64,000 bases of DNA from an uncultured cyanobacterium (lineage in GTDB: Bacteria; Cyanobacteriota; Cyanobacteriia; Cyanobacteriales; Nostocaceae): contig OY970166.1 in assembly GCA_963706595.1 (NCBI GenBank), positions 5,440,001 to 5,504,000 on the forward strand, written 5' to 3'. The notes beneath the pieces were generated by a model, which did not search any database, was not told the DNA's origin, and saw only the letters and a list, made by a program, of their open reading frames with translations. Both the position numbers and the translations under genes were made by a program. The stretch's first letter is position 1, and each line of letters opens with the position of its first letter. Positions 9,530-20,440 of the stretch are shown here, piece by piece.

Positions 9530-11959
9530 ATGCATGAATTATTTGAAACCGTATTAAATAGGGACGAAAAAATTACTCTACGTCAGTTTATTTTGGAATT
9601 AAGTGCTACCGATAAACGTTACTTTTTGAGAAACGAGATTTTACATAATTTCGCCGACTTCTGTCACCAATACCAAAAGCCTACTTACTTTTATTATTCT
9701 TCTTCTATCGGCAGACTAATTCATAATACCCATGAAATGATTTTAGAAGCAGAAGGGACTTGGTTTGTTGTCCGACCCAGGATTGCTAGCCAAGAAGTAT
9801 GGCGACTCCAAGCGGATTTCTCTGGATTTGAGGCGATGACAGCCCAAGCGTGGTTAGATGTAAGCGATCGCCTCGTTAATCGTTATCAACCGCACATTCT
9901 CGAAATTGATTTTCAACCCTTTGCGGAAGAATCCACCAGAATCACTGACCCCAGAAACATTGGTCAAGGTCTAGCCTTTCTGAATCGTTACTTGTGCGAT
10001 CAACTGTTGACTGACACCCATTATTGGCTAGAGGTGATATTTCAAGCATTATATCAACTAACTTATGATGAGAAACCTCTGTTAATCAGCGATCGCATTC
10101 CCTCCGGTCTTCACCTAGTTAAACAAATAAAACAAGCCCTAAAATTTCTCAATCAGCAACCACAGGAAGAACCCTACGCCAATTTTCGCCCTCACCTCCA
10201 GGAACTTGGTTTTGAACCAGGATGGGGTAATACAGCAGGGCGCATATCCGAAACCTTAGAACTTTTAGAACAACTCATTGACAGTCCCCAACCCGCAATT
10301 TTAGAAGCCTTCGTCGCCCGTGTTCCCGCCATTTTCCGCGTCGTTCTCGTCTCCATTCACGGTTGGGTTGGTCAACAAGATGTTTTAGGTAGAGATGAAA
10401 CACTCGGACAAGTGATTTATGTTCTAGAACAAGCCCGCAGCTTAGAAAATAAACTCCAAGCAGAAATCAAACTGGCGGGACTTGATTTAATCGGGATTCA
10501 ACCTCATGTAATTATCCTCACTAGACTTATTCCTAACTGCGAAGGAACAGAATGTAATTTGCGGTTAGAAAAAATCCATGACACTGAAAATGCTTGGATA
10601 TTACGCGTTCCCTTTGGGCAATTCAATTCTGATATTACCAACAACTGGATTTCTAAATATGAAATATGGCCTTATTTAGAAACATTTGCCCAAGATGCAG
10701 AAAAAGAACTATTAACTCAATTTCAAGGTCGTCCAAATCTGATTGTGGGTAACTACAGCGATGGTAATTTAGTCGCCTCCCTGATTTCCCGCAGCCTGAA
10801 AGTTACCCAATGTAATATAGCCCATTCTTTAGAAAAACCCAAACATTTATTTAGTAACTTGTATTGGCAAGATTTAGAAGATCATTATCACTTCTCGGCA
10901 CAATTTACCGCCGATTTAATTAGCATGAATGCGGCTGACTTTATTATCACTTCATCTTATCAAGAAATAGTCGGCACACCAGACACAATCGGTCAATACG
11001 AATCTTATAAATGTTTTACCATGCCGGAGCTATATCATGTGATTAATGGGATTGATTTATTCAGTCCTAAATTTAACATGGTTCCGCCGGGAGTTAGTGA
11101 AAATATCTTTTTTCCTTATAGCCAAAAAGACAGGCGAGACCCCGAATTAAGCAGCGAAGTACATGATTTACTTTTTGGGCGTGAACATCCCCAAATAATT
11201 GGGAAATTAGATAACCCTAATAAGCGCCCAATCCTCACTGTTGCGCCCATTACCTCAGTTAAAAATCTCACGGGACTGGCAGAATGTTTTGCTAAAAATC
11301 GGGGCTTACAAGAGCGTTGTAACCTGATTTTTATCACCACTAAAGTTTATGTAAATCAAGCCACAAACCCCAAAGAAGCTGAGGAAATCCAAAGACTCCA
11401 CGACATCATTAATCAGTATGAACTCCACGGTCATATACGCTGTATAGGAATGCGTCTTCCTAGCCAAGAACTGGGAGAAGCCTATCGAGTAATTGCGGAT
11501 GCTCAAGGAATTTATGTTCACTTTGCCCGATTTGAATCCTTTGGTCGCAGCATTCTTGAAGCGATGGTTTCCGGCTTACCAACTTTCGTCACTAAATTTG
11601 GTGGTGCTGTAGAAATTATTGAAGATCAAGAAGAGACTTTTCATATTAATCCTACAGACTTCACAGCAACAGCACATCAAATTTTGAATTTCATAGATCA
11701 ATGTGAAACTCAACCTGAACGTTGGACAGAAGTTTCTCAGGCGATGAGCCAGCGCGTTATTAATAAATATAATTGGCATTTACACACCAGTCAAATACTA
11801 TTGCTGGCGAAAATATTCAGCTTCTGGAACTTTGCTATTCCAGAAAATAACGCAGCTAAATATCGCTATTTAGAAACATTATTTTACCTGATTTTTAAAC
11901 CCAGAGCCGAAAAAATTTTAGAAAAACATCAGCAATATTCTGTTGTCATGAACAATTAA
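9530..11959 (+). CDS. susB: Sucrose synthase, divergent SusB type (GT4)
   Basis: LEIDFQPF, GFEPGWGNTA, VGNYSDGNLVA, HSLEKPK and QFTADLISMN motifs; next to a GH65 gene, as I recall for Anabaena susB; ATG at 9530. Confidence 0.85.
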   Translation: MHELFETVLNRDEKITLRQFILELSATDKRYFLRNEILHNFADFCHQYQKPTYFYYSSSIGRLIHNTHEMILEAEGTWFVVRPRIASQEVWRLQADFSGFEAMTAQAWLDVSDRLVNRYQPHILEIDFQPFAEESTRITDPRNIGQGLAFLNRYLCDQLLTDTHYWLEVIFQALYQLTYDEKPLLISDRIPSGLHLVKQIKQALKFLNQQPQEEPYANFRPHLQELGFEPGWGNTAGRISETLELLEQLIDSPQPAILEAFVARVPAIFRVVLVSIHGWVGQQDVLGRDETLGQVIYVLEQARSLENKLQAEIKLAGLDLIGIQPHVIILTRLIPNCEGTECNLRLEKIHDTENAWILRVPFGQFNSDITNNWISKYEIWPYLETFAQDAEKELLTQFQGRPNLIVGNYSDGNLVASLISRSLKVTQCNIAHSLEKPKHLFSNLYWQDLEDHYHFSAQFTADLISMNAADFIITSSYQEIVGTPDTIGQYESYKCFTMPELYHVINGIDLFSPKFNMVPPGVSENIFFPYSQKDRRDPELSSEVHDLLFGREHPQIIGKLDNPNKRPILTVAPITSVKNLTGLAECFAKNRGLQERCNLIFITTKVYVNQATNPKEAEEIQRLHDIINQYELHGHIRCIGMRLPSQELGEAYRVIADAQGIYVHFARFESFGRSILEAMVSGLPTFVTKFGGAVEIIEDQEETFHINPTDFTATAHQILNFIDQCETQPERWTEVSQAMSQRVINKYNWHLHTSQILLLAKIFSFWNFAIPENNAAKYRYLETLFYLIFKPRAEKILEKHQQYSVVMNN

Positions 11960-12002
11960 CACCTTTTCATTGCTAACTGTGAATTTAGCCAAGGGATGCG
12001 CG

Positions 12003-14930
12003 ATGAATAAAAACAGTCCTAATAACCATTTTATCTATACAGATTGGATATTAATTGAGACTCAATTTGACCCCGAACAGTTGCACTCAAGAGAAACAGT
12101 GTTCACAATTGGCAACGGATACCTGGGAACACGGGGAAGTTTTGAGGAAGGTTATATTCGGGCATTACCAGCTACTTTTATCCACGGTGTTTATGATGAT
12201 GTGCCTGTAGTTTATACAGAACTCGCCAATTGTCCCGACTGGTTGCCATTAGTAATCAGTATCAATGGCGACAAGTTCCGTTTGGATCAGGGTGAAATAT
12301 TAAGGTATGATCGACAACTTGATTTACGTCAAGGTATTTTCAGCCGTTCTTTACGTTGGCGCAGTCCCAGTGGAAAAACTGTAGATATTCACTTTGAACG
12401 CTTTGCCAGTTTAGCTGACCAGCACGTATTAGGGCAACGCTGCCAAGTAACGCCTGTAGATTTTGATGGAATGATTGAAATTCAGGCTAGTATTAACGGC
12501 TACCCAGAGAATCAGGGTTTTAACCACTGGGAAGCAATCGACCAGGGTAAAACCGCAGCAGGTATTTGGTTACACAGCCGAACTCGCGGTTCCCGGATTG
12601 ATATTGGTATGGCAGCCAGGATGGTAATATCGGGAACTGATGCTGCTTTACAAGTGCATACTGCCCCTGGCTACCCTACTATAACTGCAACTTTTCTGGC
12701 GACATCACAGCAGACGGTGACAGTAGAGAAGACGGTGACAGTTTTTACTTCACGGGATATTTCCCAACCAGTCCCAGCATCTCAAGAAAAACTCGCGCAA
12801 TTACCAGACTATATCACTTTGCTGCAAGCCAACGCCCAAGCATGGAATGAGGTTTGGCACTATAGCGATATCGTGATTGAGGGAGATAGTAAAGCTGCTT
12901 TTGCGGTGCGTTACAATCTCTTTCAACTGCTAATTGCTGCGCCGAAAGATGATGATAAAGTCAGCATTCCGGCAAAAACTTTGTCGGGTTTTGGCTATCG
13001 TGGTCATATTTTTTGGGATACAGAAATTTTTATTCTGCCATTTTTTACTTTTACCCAACCTGCTTTAGCCCGGAATTTACTCAGTTATCGTTACCACACT
13101 TTAAATGGTGCGCGACGCAAAGCATCCCATTATGGGTATCAAGGGGCGATGTATGCTTGGGAAAGTGCGGTGACAGGGGATGAAGTTACTCCACGTTGGT
13201 CACTTCCTAGCGATTTTTACGGTGAAGATATTCGCATTTGGTGTCGTGACCATGAAATACACATTAGTTCCGATATTTCTTATGCTGTTTGGTATTACTG
13301 GCAAGCCACCAGTGATGATGAATGGATGCAAAAGTGCGGTGCTGAGATTATTTTAGATACCGCTATTTTTTGGCATAGTCGAGTTGAGTTTAATTCTGAA
13401 CAAGACCGCTATGAAATTCGGGGGGTAATTGGAGCAGATGAATATCACGAGTTTGTCCACAATAATACCTTTACTAATCGGATAGTACAATGGCATTTAG
13501 AAAAAGCTTTGATAGTCGATGATTGGCTGCATGAAAGTTTCCCAGAACAAGCTCAGAAATTAGAGGATAAATTACAACTCACGGCTGAGATTAAAACTCA
13601 GTGGTCAGATATCGTCGCTAAAATTTGGATTCCTTACGACGCTGAAACGGGATTAATTGAACAGTTTGAGGGGTTTTTCCAGTTGGAAGATATTAACTGG
13701 AATGATTATGAACCACGCACCCAGTCGATGCAAGGAATTTTGGGTATTGAAAAAACTAATAAGTTGCAGGTACTCAAGCAGCCAGATGTATTGATGCTGT
13801 TGTATTTGATGCGGGAATTAGGAGATTTTCCTTACAATCAAAAATCATTACAAGCAAATTGGGATTACTACGCACCCCGCACTGATATTACTTATGGTTC
13901 ATCACTTGGCCCAGCAATTCATGCGATTTTAGCTTCAGATTTAGGCAAGTCGGCTGAGGCTTACGAACGGTTTATGCAAGCAGCAATGGTGGATCTCGAA
14001 GATGTCAGAGGTAACGCCGCCGATGGGATTCACGGGGCGAATGCGGGGGGAATTTGGCAAGCTGTGGTGTTTGGTTTTGGTGGGATTAAACTGAGGGACA
14101 GTCGCCCTGTAGCTAACCCTCATTTACCCAAGGGTTGGACACGTCTGAAGTTTAAACTGCACTGGCGCGGAAAATGGCATGAGTTTGATTTACGTCCCCA
14201 AATTACTCAGGAGGAAAGTAATAAAGGATTTATTTTATTTGCGCCTTCATCTGACCACACTTGTCAAATTCGAGGCGTGATTTTTGATTTAGATGGGGTG
14301 TTAACTGATACAGCAGAATATCACTATCAAGCTTGGCAAAAACTAGCAGATGAGGAGGGTATAGAGTTTAATCGGCAAGATAATGAGGCGTTGCGGGGTA
14401 TATCTCGTCGGGCTTCTCTGATGCTGATGATTAAGAATAGGAAATTTTCAGAGTCACAGATTCAGGAAATGTTGGAGCGTAAAAATCGCTACTATGTGGA
14501 TCTAATTGTAAATATTACACCCAAAGATGTGTTACCAGGTGCGATCGCCTTATTAAATGAATTGCGACAAAAGGGGATAAAAATCGCCATTGGTTCAGCC
14601 AGTAAAAATGCCCGGGTGGTTGTAGAACGTTTGGGAATTGCTGATCATGTAGATGCGATCGCAGATGGTTATAGTGTACAACAACCCAAGCCAGCCCCTG
14701 ACCTGTTTCTCTATGCAGCCGAGCAATTAGGAGTTCCACCAGCGCAATGTGTAGTTTTTGAAGATGCGGCGGCGGGTGTAGAAGCGGCTTTAGCGGCGGG
14801 GATGTGGGCTGTAGGTTTAGGTCCCTCAGAACGCGTCGGTGCGGCTCATGTTGTTTTGCCTAGTTTAGCAGGTGTGAGGTGGGCAGAGTTGCAAGACAAA
14901 TTGAAGGAAGCTGTGGCGCAGAAGAATTAA
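12003..14930 (+). CDS. GH65 glycoside phosphorylase fused to a C-terminal beta-phosphoglucomutase (HAD)
   Basis: GNGYLGTRGSFEE, GHIFWDTE, GADEYHE and KQPDV motifs (GH65); IFDLDGVLTDTAEYH and KPAPD (beta-PGM). Confidence 0.9.
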   Translation: MNKNSPNNHFIYTDWILIETQFDPEQLHSRETVFTIGNGYLGTRGSFEEGYIRALPATFIHGVYDDVPVVYTELANCPDWLPLVISINGDKFRLDQGEILRYDRQLDLRQGIFSRSLRWRSPSGKTVDIHFERFASLADQHVLGQRCQVTPVDFDGMIEIQASINGYPENQGFNHWEAIDQGKTAAGIWLHSRTRGSRIDIGMAARMVISGTDAALQVHTAPGYPTITATFLATSQQTVTVEKTVTVFTSRDISQPVPASQEKLAQLPDYITLLQANAQAWNEVWHYSDIVIEGDSKAAFAVRYNLFQLLIAAPKDDDKVSIPAKTLSGFGYRGHIFWDTEIFILPFFTFTQPALARNLLSYRYHTLNGARRKASHYGYQGAMYAWESAVTGDEVTPRWSLPSDFYGEDIRIWCRDHEIHISSDISYAVWYYWQATSDDEWMQKCGAEIILDTAIFWHSRVEFNSEQDRYEIRGVIGADEYHEFVHNNTFTNRIVQWHLEKALIVDDWLHESFPEQAQKLEDKLQLTAEIKTQWSDIVAKIWIPYDAETGLIEQFEGFFQLEDINWNDYEPRTQSMQGILGIEKTNKLQVLKQPDVLMLLYLMRELGDFPYNQKSLQANWDYYAPRTDITYGSSLGPAIHAILASDLGKSAEAYERFMQAAMVDLEDVRGNAADGIHGANAGGIWQAVVFGFGGIKLRDSRPVANPHLPKGWTRLKFKLHWRGKWHEFDLRPQITQEESNKGFILFAPSSDHTCQIRGVIFDLDGVLTDTAEYHYQAWQKLADEEGIEFNRQDNEALRGISRRASLMLMIKNRKFSESQIQEMLERKNRYYVDLIVNITPKDVLPGAIALLNELRQKGIKIAIGSASKNARVVVERLGIADHVDAIADGYSVQQPKPAPDLFLYAAEQLGVPPAQCVVFEDAAAGVEAALAAGMWAVGLGPSERVGAAHVVLPSLAGVRWAELQDKLKEAVAQKN

Positions 14931-15000
14931 CGAACGCAGATGAACACAGATGAACACAGATAAATACAGAAGATAAATTCAGATTAAGGGAGACGATTTT

Positions 15001-15177
15001 ATGTCTAAATCAGGAAAAACACGGGAAAGACTGCAATCAATGAGAAATATTCCTCAGCAAGTAATGAACTATATCTCAGAAGCAGTTAGTAGAATTTTCA
15101 GCCCCAGAGACGACAACTATCCAGCCACAGGAGTTCAACCCTTTGAAGGAGATCCCCCTGACAAAAAAAACGACTAA
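15001..15177 (+). CDS. Small cyanobacterial protein, 58 aa (FSPxDDxYPATGVQPFEGD motif); not in ORF track
   Basis: Manual translation MSKSGKTRERLQSMRNIPQQVMNYISEAVSRIFSPRDDNYPATGVQPFEGDPPDKKND; AAGGGAG Shine-Dalgarno upstream. Confidence 0.75.
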   Translation: MSKSGKTRERLQSMRNIPQQVMNYISEAVSRIFSPRDDNYPATGVQPFEGDPPDKKND

Positions 15178-15220
15178 AACCTCCGCGTACCTTTGCGCTT
15201 ACCTTAGCGTACCTCTGCGT

Positions 15221-16636
15221 TTAAACCAAAGCCTTCAGCAAAGCCTGAAGTTTCAGCTGTACCTCAGCAAATTCTTTCTCAGGATCAGAACCTGCAACGA
15301 TACCAGCACCAGCATACAACCTCGCGCGATCGCCATCAATTAAAGCCGAACGAATCCCCACAATAAACTCACAGTTACCGCTAGCATCTACCCAACCCAG
15401 AGGCGCAGCATATAAACCCCTCTCAAAACTTTCATAACGACGAATTTCTGCACAAGCAAAATCTCTCGTTGCACCCGCCACGGCTGGAGTAGGATGCAAT
15501 TGAGAAACAATCTGCAACGGGTGGACATTAGCGGTAACTTTGGCTGTAATTGGAGTCCATAAATGCTGGATATTAGATAATTGTCTCAGGCGTGGTGCTA
15601 ATACCTGGGGTAACAAACCTAGCTGGGTAAGGCGTTGAGTAATGAAATCAATTACTAGAGAATGTTCATGTCTTTCTTTGATACTATTTAATAAGCGATT
15701 GGCATTAGCAGCATCTTCCGCAGGTGTTTTACCTCTGGGTGCAGAACCAGCTAAAGCGTCAGAAATTAACTCTTGATTATGAATACTAATTAATCTTTCT
15801 GGACTCGCACCAATAAAGTTTTGTCCTTTCCCATTGCTAGTAGAAAAAATATAACAATTAGGATGTATTTGCCGAAGATTATTTAAGGATTTGAATAAAT
15901 TAAAATTATGATTGGATTTGACATCTAAGGCATTTGCTAAGACAATTTTAATTAAATGGCTAGAGCGAATTTTTTCTACGGCTGACCCCACAGATCGTTT
16001 AAAATCTTGAGGATTAGTTACAGATTGTTTGGTAAATTTAGTGGGTAATTGCTCCAATTTTGGAGAAGTATATTCTAAAGACTGAATTTGAACGATTTTG
16101 TCCTGCAAATTCTGCAAGATAGTTTCTACATTGGTGCTGGCTTTGACAATTATATTATTGACTAATATACAGCGTTTATTTTTGACTGATATTTGCCAAC
16201 GGGGAAGAAAAACTGTTGCCGATGGAAATGGATAATCTATTTGAGAATTATCATCAAAAAAGCTGAAATAACAAAAAAAGTGAGGTCCCGCAAAAGTTAA
16301 CTGATTGTTACCAAAATTTATAATATTTTTTAAACAAGATTTGATAAAATATTGAGCTTGATGAAAACGCTCTTTGCCATCAATTTCTAATTTTGTCACA
16401 CTATCGATGGCGGCGATCGCTTCTCCTTTAGCTTGATTTTCAAAGTAAAAATTTATTTCATTTGCTTGCGTAAGTTTATCTAATACAACTAAGGGATCTA
16501 CCCAGTCAATATCCAGCGAAATACTCACAATTTGCCGACAATTATCCTTGAGGCAATTTTCCTGAACGTTTAACAGAAAATGGTATAGGTCTTTGTTTTT
16601 GACAAAGAAGTTGCTGCGACATGGTAAAACTGTCAT
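15221..16636 (-). CDS. menF: Isochorismate synthase
   Basis: FIGASPERL, ALAGSAPRG, LHPTPAVAG and YAGAGIV motifs. Confidence 0.92.
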   Translation of the reverse strand: MTVLPCRSNFFVKNKDLYHFLLNVQENCLKDNCRQIVSISLDIDWVDPLVVLDKLTQANEINFYFENQAKGEAIAAIDSVTKLEIDGKERFHQAQYFIKSCLKNIINFGNNQLTFAGPHFFCYFSFFDDNSQIDYPFPSATVFLPRWQISVKNKRCILVNNIIVKASTNVETILQNLQDKIVQIQSLEYTSPKLEQLPTKFTKQSVTNPQDFKRSVGSAVEKIRSSHLIKIVLANALDVKSNHNFNLFKSLNNLRQIHPNCYIFSTSNGKGQNFIGASPERLISIHNQELISDALAGSAPRGKTPAEDAANANRLLNSIKERHEHSLVIDFITQRLTQLGLLPQVLAPRLRQLSNIQHLWTPITAKVTANVHPLQIVSQLHPTPAVAGATRDFACAEIRRYESFERGLYAAPLGWVDASGNCEFIVGIRSALIDGDRARLYAGAGIVAGSDPEKEFAEVQLKLQALLKALV

Positions 16637-17002
16637 GGATCTAGCAATAGTAAACTTTTTTTAAGTTAACTTCCTAAAGTGTAATTAAACGTGGTCGTAT
16701 TTCTACAGGTAACATATTCAGTTGCCACTTCACCAGAGTATGGTTGGCTTTATTTATGGTGTTCCCAGACGCTGAACAGTTATCCCTAGTTTCAGGTTGC
16801 AGCCAAAAAGTGAGTGTTACTAACAAGAGGTTAACCAACCACAGCAAATTCCCTAAGTTTGGCACTTAACCAGTATTTAGTAAAGCCCAAAGTTCCAGCC
16901 CTACAGAATCACTATTGAATTGCGTACAGGGGTGCTGGTGTCTCTCGAAACTGTAAAATTTTATGTATAAGTAAGGTTACTGTAATCTCATTAATCACAC
17001 TG

Positions 17003-17908
17003 ATGACTACAAGACAGGTTGCAAATTCTCAAATTAAATTATGGATGGCGGCGATTAAACCGCCAATGTACAGCGTTGCTATCATGCCGATTTGGGTAGG
17101 AACAGCAGTGGCTTTTGCGGAAACCAAAAGTTTTAATGTAGTAGTATTTTCTACTTTTATAGCGGCGGCAATTTTAATTTTAGCTTGGGAAAACATCAGT
17201 AATGATGTCTTTGATTCGGAAACGGGTATTGATCAAAATAAACATCATTCTTTAGTAAACTTAACTGGAAATAAGCTATTAATATTTTGGTTAGGAAACT
17301 TGTGTTTAGTTTCGGGGTTGTTGGGAATAATCGCGATCGCCATTTGGCAAAAAGATTTCACTGTCATCGGCTTAATTCTGCTGTGCTGCGCTTTGGGCTA
17401 CACATACCAAGGGCCGCCCTTTCGCTTAGGATACCAGGGTTTGGGTGAAATTCTTTGCTTTTTTGCTTTTGGACCTTTGGCGATCGCCGCCGCATATTAT
17501 AGTCAAACGGCCAGTTGGTCAATAAACAGTTTAGCAGCTGCGGTGATTGTGGGCATTGCCACCAGCTTAGTTTTATTTTGCTCACACTTTCACCAAGTTA
17601 AGGATGACATAGCCGCAGGTAAGCGATCGCCTGTTGTGCGTTTGGGTACGGCAAAAGCTGCAAAACTCCTCTCTTGGTTTACGGGGGGGATTTATCCGCT
17701 AATTTTGCTGTTTGTTTTATTGGGTATGTTCCCTGTTTGGACTTTGCTGAGTTGGCTGAGTTTACCTTATGCTTTTGAGTTATCTCTTCATGTTCAAGAA
17801 AATCACCACATACCGGAAAAGGTGAGTAATTGCAAGTTTATTGCGGTTAATTTACATTTTTCCTGTTGTTTGCTGTTGGGTTTGGGGTTTATGTTGGGGG
17901 CTGGATAA
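17003..17908 (+). CDS. menA: DHNA phytyltransferase
   Basis: AAIKPPMYSVA, NDVFDSETGID and YQGPPFRLGY motifs. Confidence 0.92.
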   Translation: MTTRQVANSQIKLWMAAIKPPMYSVAIMPIWVGTAVAFAETKSFNVVVFSTFIAAAILILAWENISNDVFDSETGIDQNKHHSLVNLTGNKLLIFWLGNLCLVSGLLGIIAIAIWQKDFTVIGLILLCCALGYTYQGPPFRLGYQGLGEILCFFAFGPLAIAAAYYSQTASWSINSLAAAVIVGIATSLVLFCSHFHQVKDDIAAGKRSPVVRLGTAKAAKLLSWFTGGIYPLILLFVLLGMFPVWTLLSWLSLPYAFELSLHVQENHHIPEKVSNCKFIAVNLHFSCCLLLGLGFMLGAG

Positions 17909-17950
17909 GATTTGTTTCACGCCAAGGCGCAAAGGCGCAAAGAGGGAGAG

Positions 17951-18940
17951 GTGAGAGGTTATCGGTTTGATTTTCGTTGTTATCGGCGGCGGTTTTTACA
18001 GCCATTGGTTACTAATCATGGGATTTGGCATACCCGTGAGGGGATAATTGTTTGTCTGGATGGCTGTGGTTACGGGGAAATTGCCCCTATTAGTTGGTTT
18101 GGTTCGGAAACTCTAGAACAGGCTTTGGATTTTTGTCGCCAATTACCCGCAGAAGTTACAGAGGAGATGATTTTCTCTATCCCGGATAATTTACCTGCTT
18201 GTCAATTTGGTTTTGAGTCCGCGTTGACGGAAATGAAGAGTTGGAGAAATCAGGAAAACAAGCCAAAAGATTCTAATCCCAGTCTAACCTCTTCCCCCCT
18301 GCCCCCTGCCCCCTGCCCCCCTGCCTCTTCTTCCCCCCTGCCCCCTGCGCCCTGCCCCTCTGCCTCTTTACTACCGGCTGGGGAGGCGGCGTTAAGTCAA
18401 TGGGAAAGGCTATGGAAGCAGGGATATCGCACGTTTAAATGGAAGATTGGGGTGGATGCAATTTCTAGGGAGTTGGAAATTTTTGAGTTATTGACTCGGA
18501 GTTTACCACCTGCGGCTAAATTGCGCTTAGATGCCAATGGTGGACTGAGTTATGAGGAAGCTAAACTATGGCTGGGGACTTGTGACGATATTTCGGCAAA
18601 TATTGAGTTTCTTGAACAACCATTGCCTGGGGAACAATTTTCGGCGATGTTGGAATTGAGTGCTAGTTTTGAGAGTGCGATCGCCTTAGATGAATCTGTC
18701 GCCACACTCCAACAACTTGAGAACTGTTTTCAACAAGGTTGGCGAGGAATTTTTGTGATTAAACCAGGGATAGCGGGTTCACCTTCTCGTCTGCGGGAAT
18801 TTTGCCAACAACATCAAATTGATGCGGTGTTTTCCTCAGTCTTTGAAACAGAAATTGGTAGAAAAGCAGCACTCCAACTAGCAGCAGAATTATCTTTGAC
18901 AAATCGGGCTGTGGGTTTTGGGATAAATCATTTTTTATAA
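17951..18940 (+). CDS. menC: o-Succinylbenzoate synthase (with Pro-rich repeat insertion)
   Basis: TFKWKIG, LRLDANGG, FLEQP and IALDES motifs; GTG start at 17951 after GGGAGAG. Confidence 0.9.
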   Translation: MRGYRFDFRCYRRRFLQPLVTNHGIWHTREGIIVCLDGCGYGEIAPISWFGSETLEQALDFCRQLPAEVTEEMIFSIPDNLPACQFGFESALTEMKSWRNQENKPKDSNPSLTSSPLPPAPCPPASSSPLPPAPCPSASLLPAGEAALSQWERLWKQGYRTFKWKIGVDAISRELEIFELLTRSLPPAAKLRLDANGGLSYEEAKLWLGTCDDISANIEFLEQPLPGEQFSAMLELSASFESAIALDESVATLQQLENCFQQGWRGIFVIKPGIAGSPSRLREFCQQHQIDAVFSSVFETEIGRKAALQLAAELSLTNRAVGFGINHFL

Positions 18941-18964
18941 CCAGCAGAAAAAACCGAAATTTAA

Positions 18965-20440
18965 ATGTCTATAGAATCACCTCTATTTTATTTAAACAAA
19001 CTGGCTGAAAAAGATTTTCTCCTTGGTGATCATAAGTATGAATTTCAGCAAATAGCCTCAGAATTATATTTAGAACTCCAGCAGCTATTAACTTCTGGAA
19101 ATACTCCCAAAATTATATTAGCAGAACGTGAACCAGTGAGATTTCTCGCAGGATTCATTGCTGCTTGTGCTGCTGGTTGTCCAGTTTTCTTGTGTAACCC
19201 CGACTGGGGAAAACAAGAATGGCAAGAAGTTTTACAATTAGTACAACCTAATATAATTTGGGGACAAGAAATCAAAACATACCCTTGTAGAGACGCGATT
19301 CATCGCGTCTTTCCCCCTAATCGCGTCTTTCCCCCTAATCGCGTCTTTCCCCCTAATCGCGTCTCCTCCCCTAATCGCGTCTCCTCCTCTAATCGCGTCT
19401 CCTCCCAATCCCCATACATCATGATTCCCACAGGTGGTTCATCGGGAAAGATTAAATTTGCCATCCATACATGGGAAACTCTAATCGCATCTGTACAAGG
19501 ATTTACCGAATATTTTCAGCTAACCCAAGTCAATTCCTTCTGTGTATTACCGCTATATCATGTTAGTGGTTTAATGCAATTTATGCGTTCCTTCACCACT
19601 GGAGGTAAACTAGCGATCGCACCATTTAAAACCTTAACATCTAGTCCAGAATATCATATTAATCCCGCAAATTTTTTCATATCTTTAGTACCCACACAAT
19701 TACAACGCTTATTAGAAAATTCCCAATTAACAGAATGGCTATCCCAATTCACCACTGTACTTTTAGGAGGTGCGCCAGCGTGGGAAGAACTCTTAGAAAA
19801 AGCGAGATTTCACCGCATACGTTTAGCACCAACTTATGGAATGACAGAAACAGCCTCTCAAATTGCCACCCTTAAACCAGATGACTTTTTAAATGGTAAA
19901 ATTAACAGTGGTCAAATTCTCCCTCATGCACAGGTAAAGATTCGCAATCAAAAAGGTGAAATTTTAAATTGCAATCAAACCGGAAATATCACCATTCAGG
20001 CGCAATCATTAGCCCTGGGCTACTATCCGCAAACCTGGAAGAATCACAATTATTTACAAGTAGACGACTTAGGATATTTAGATTCACAAGGTTATTTAAA
20101 TATTATCGGACGTAGCAGCGACAAAATTATCACAGGCGGAGAAAACATTTACCCAGCCGAAATTGAAGCCGCAATCAAATCAACTCAAATGGTAACTGAT
20201 GTTTGTATCATCGGCTTACCAGATAAACACTGGGGAGAAGCCGTAACAGCCATTTATATTCCCAAACATCCCCAGATTTCCACACACACACTGCAAACAG
20301 AACTCAACAAAAAACTCAGCAAATTCAAAATTCCTAAACACTGGATTGCTGTAAAAACCTTACCCCGAAATCCCCAAGGAAAAATCAACCGTCAACACCT
20401 GCAAAAAATCGCCACAGAACATTTACAAAATCTCTCTTGA
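18965..20440 (+). CDS. menE: 2-Succinylbenzoate-CoA ligase (with 18-bp tandem insertion)
   Basis: [28 protein letters not shown] and IITGGENI motifs. Confidence 0.92.
   Translation: MSIESPLFYLNKLAEKDFLLGDHKYEFQQIASELYLELQQLLTSGNTPKIILAEREPVRFLAGFIAACAAGCPVFLCNPDWGKQEWQEVLQLVQPNIIWGQEIKTYPCRDAIHRVFPPNRVFPPNRVFPPNRVSSPNRVSSSNRVSSQSPYIMIPTGGSSGKIKFAIHTWETLIASVQGFTEYFQLTQVNSFCVLPLYHVSGLMQFMRSFTTGGKLAIAPFKTLTSSPEYHINPANFFISLVPTQLQRLLENSQLTEWLSQFTTVLLGGAPAWEELLEKARFHRIRLAPTYGMTETASQIATLKPDDFLNGKINSGQILPHAQVKIRNQKGEILNCNQTGNITIQAQSLALGYYPQTWKNHNYLQVDDLGYLDSQGYLNIIGRSSDKIITGGENIYPAEIEAAIKSTQMVTDVCIIGLPDKHWGEAVTAIYIPKHPQISTHTLQTELNKKLSKFKIPKHWIAVKTLPRNPQGKINRQHLQKIATEHLQNLS

Noticed and set aside
19302..19406. 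Possible CRISPR-like array in menE
   Set aside because: 18-bp period with no unique spacers and no cas genes; it is an in-frame minisatellite. No CRISPR array was seen anywhere in the window
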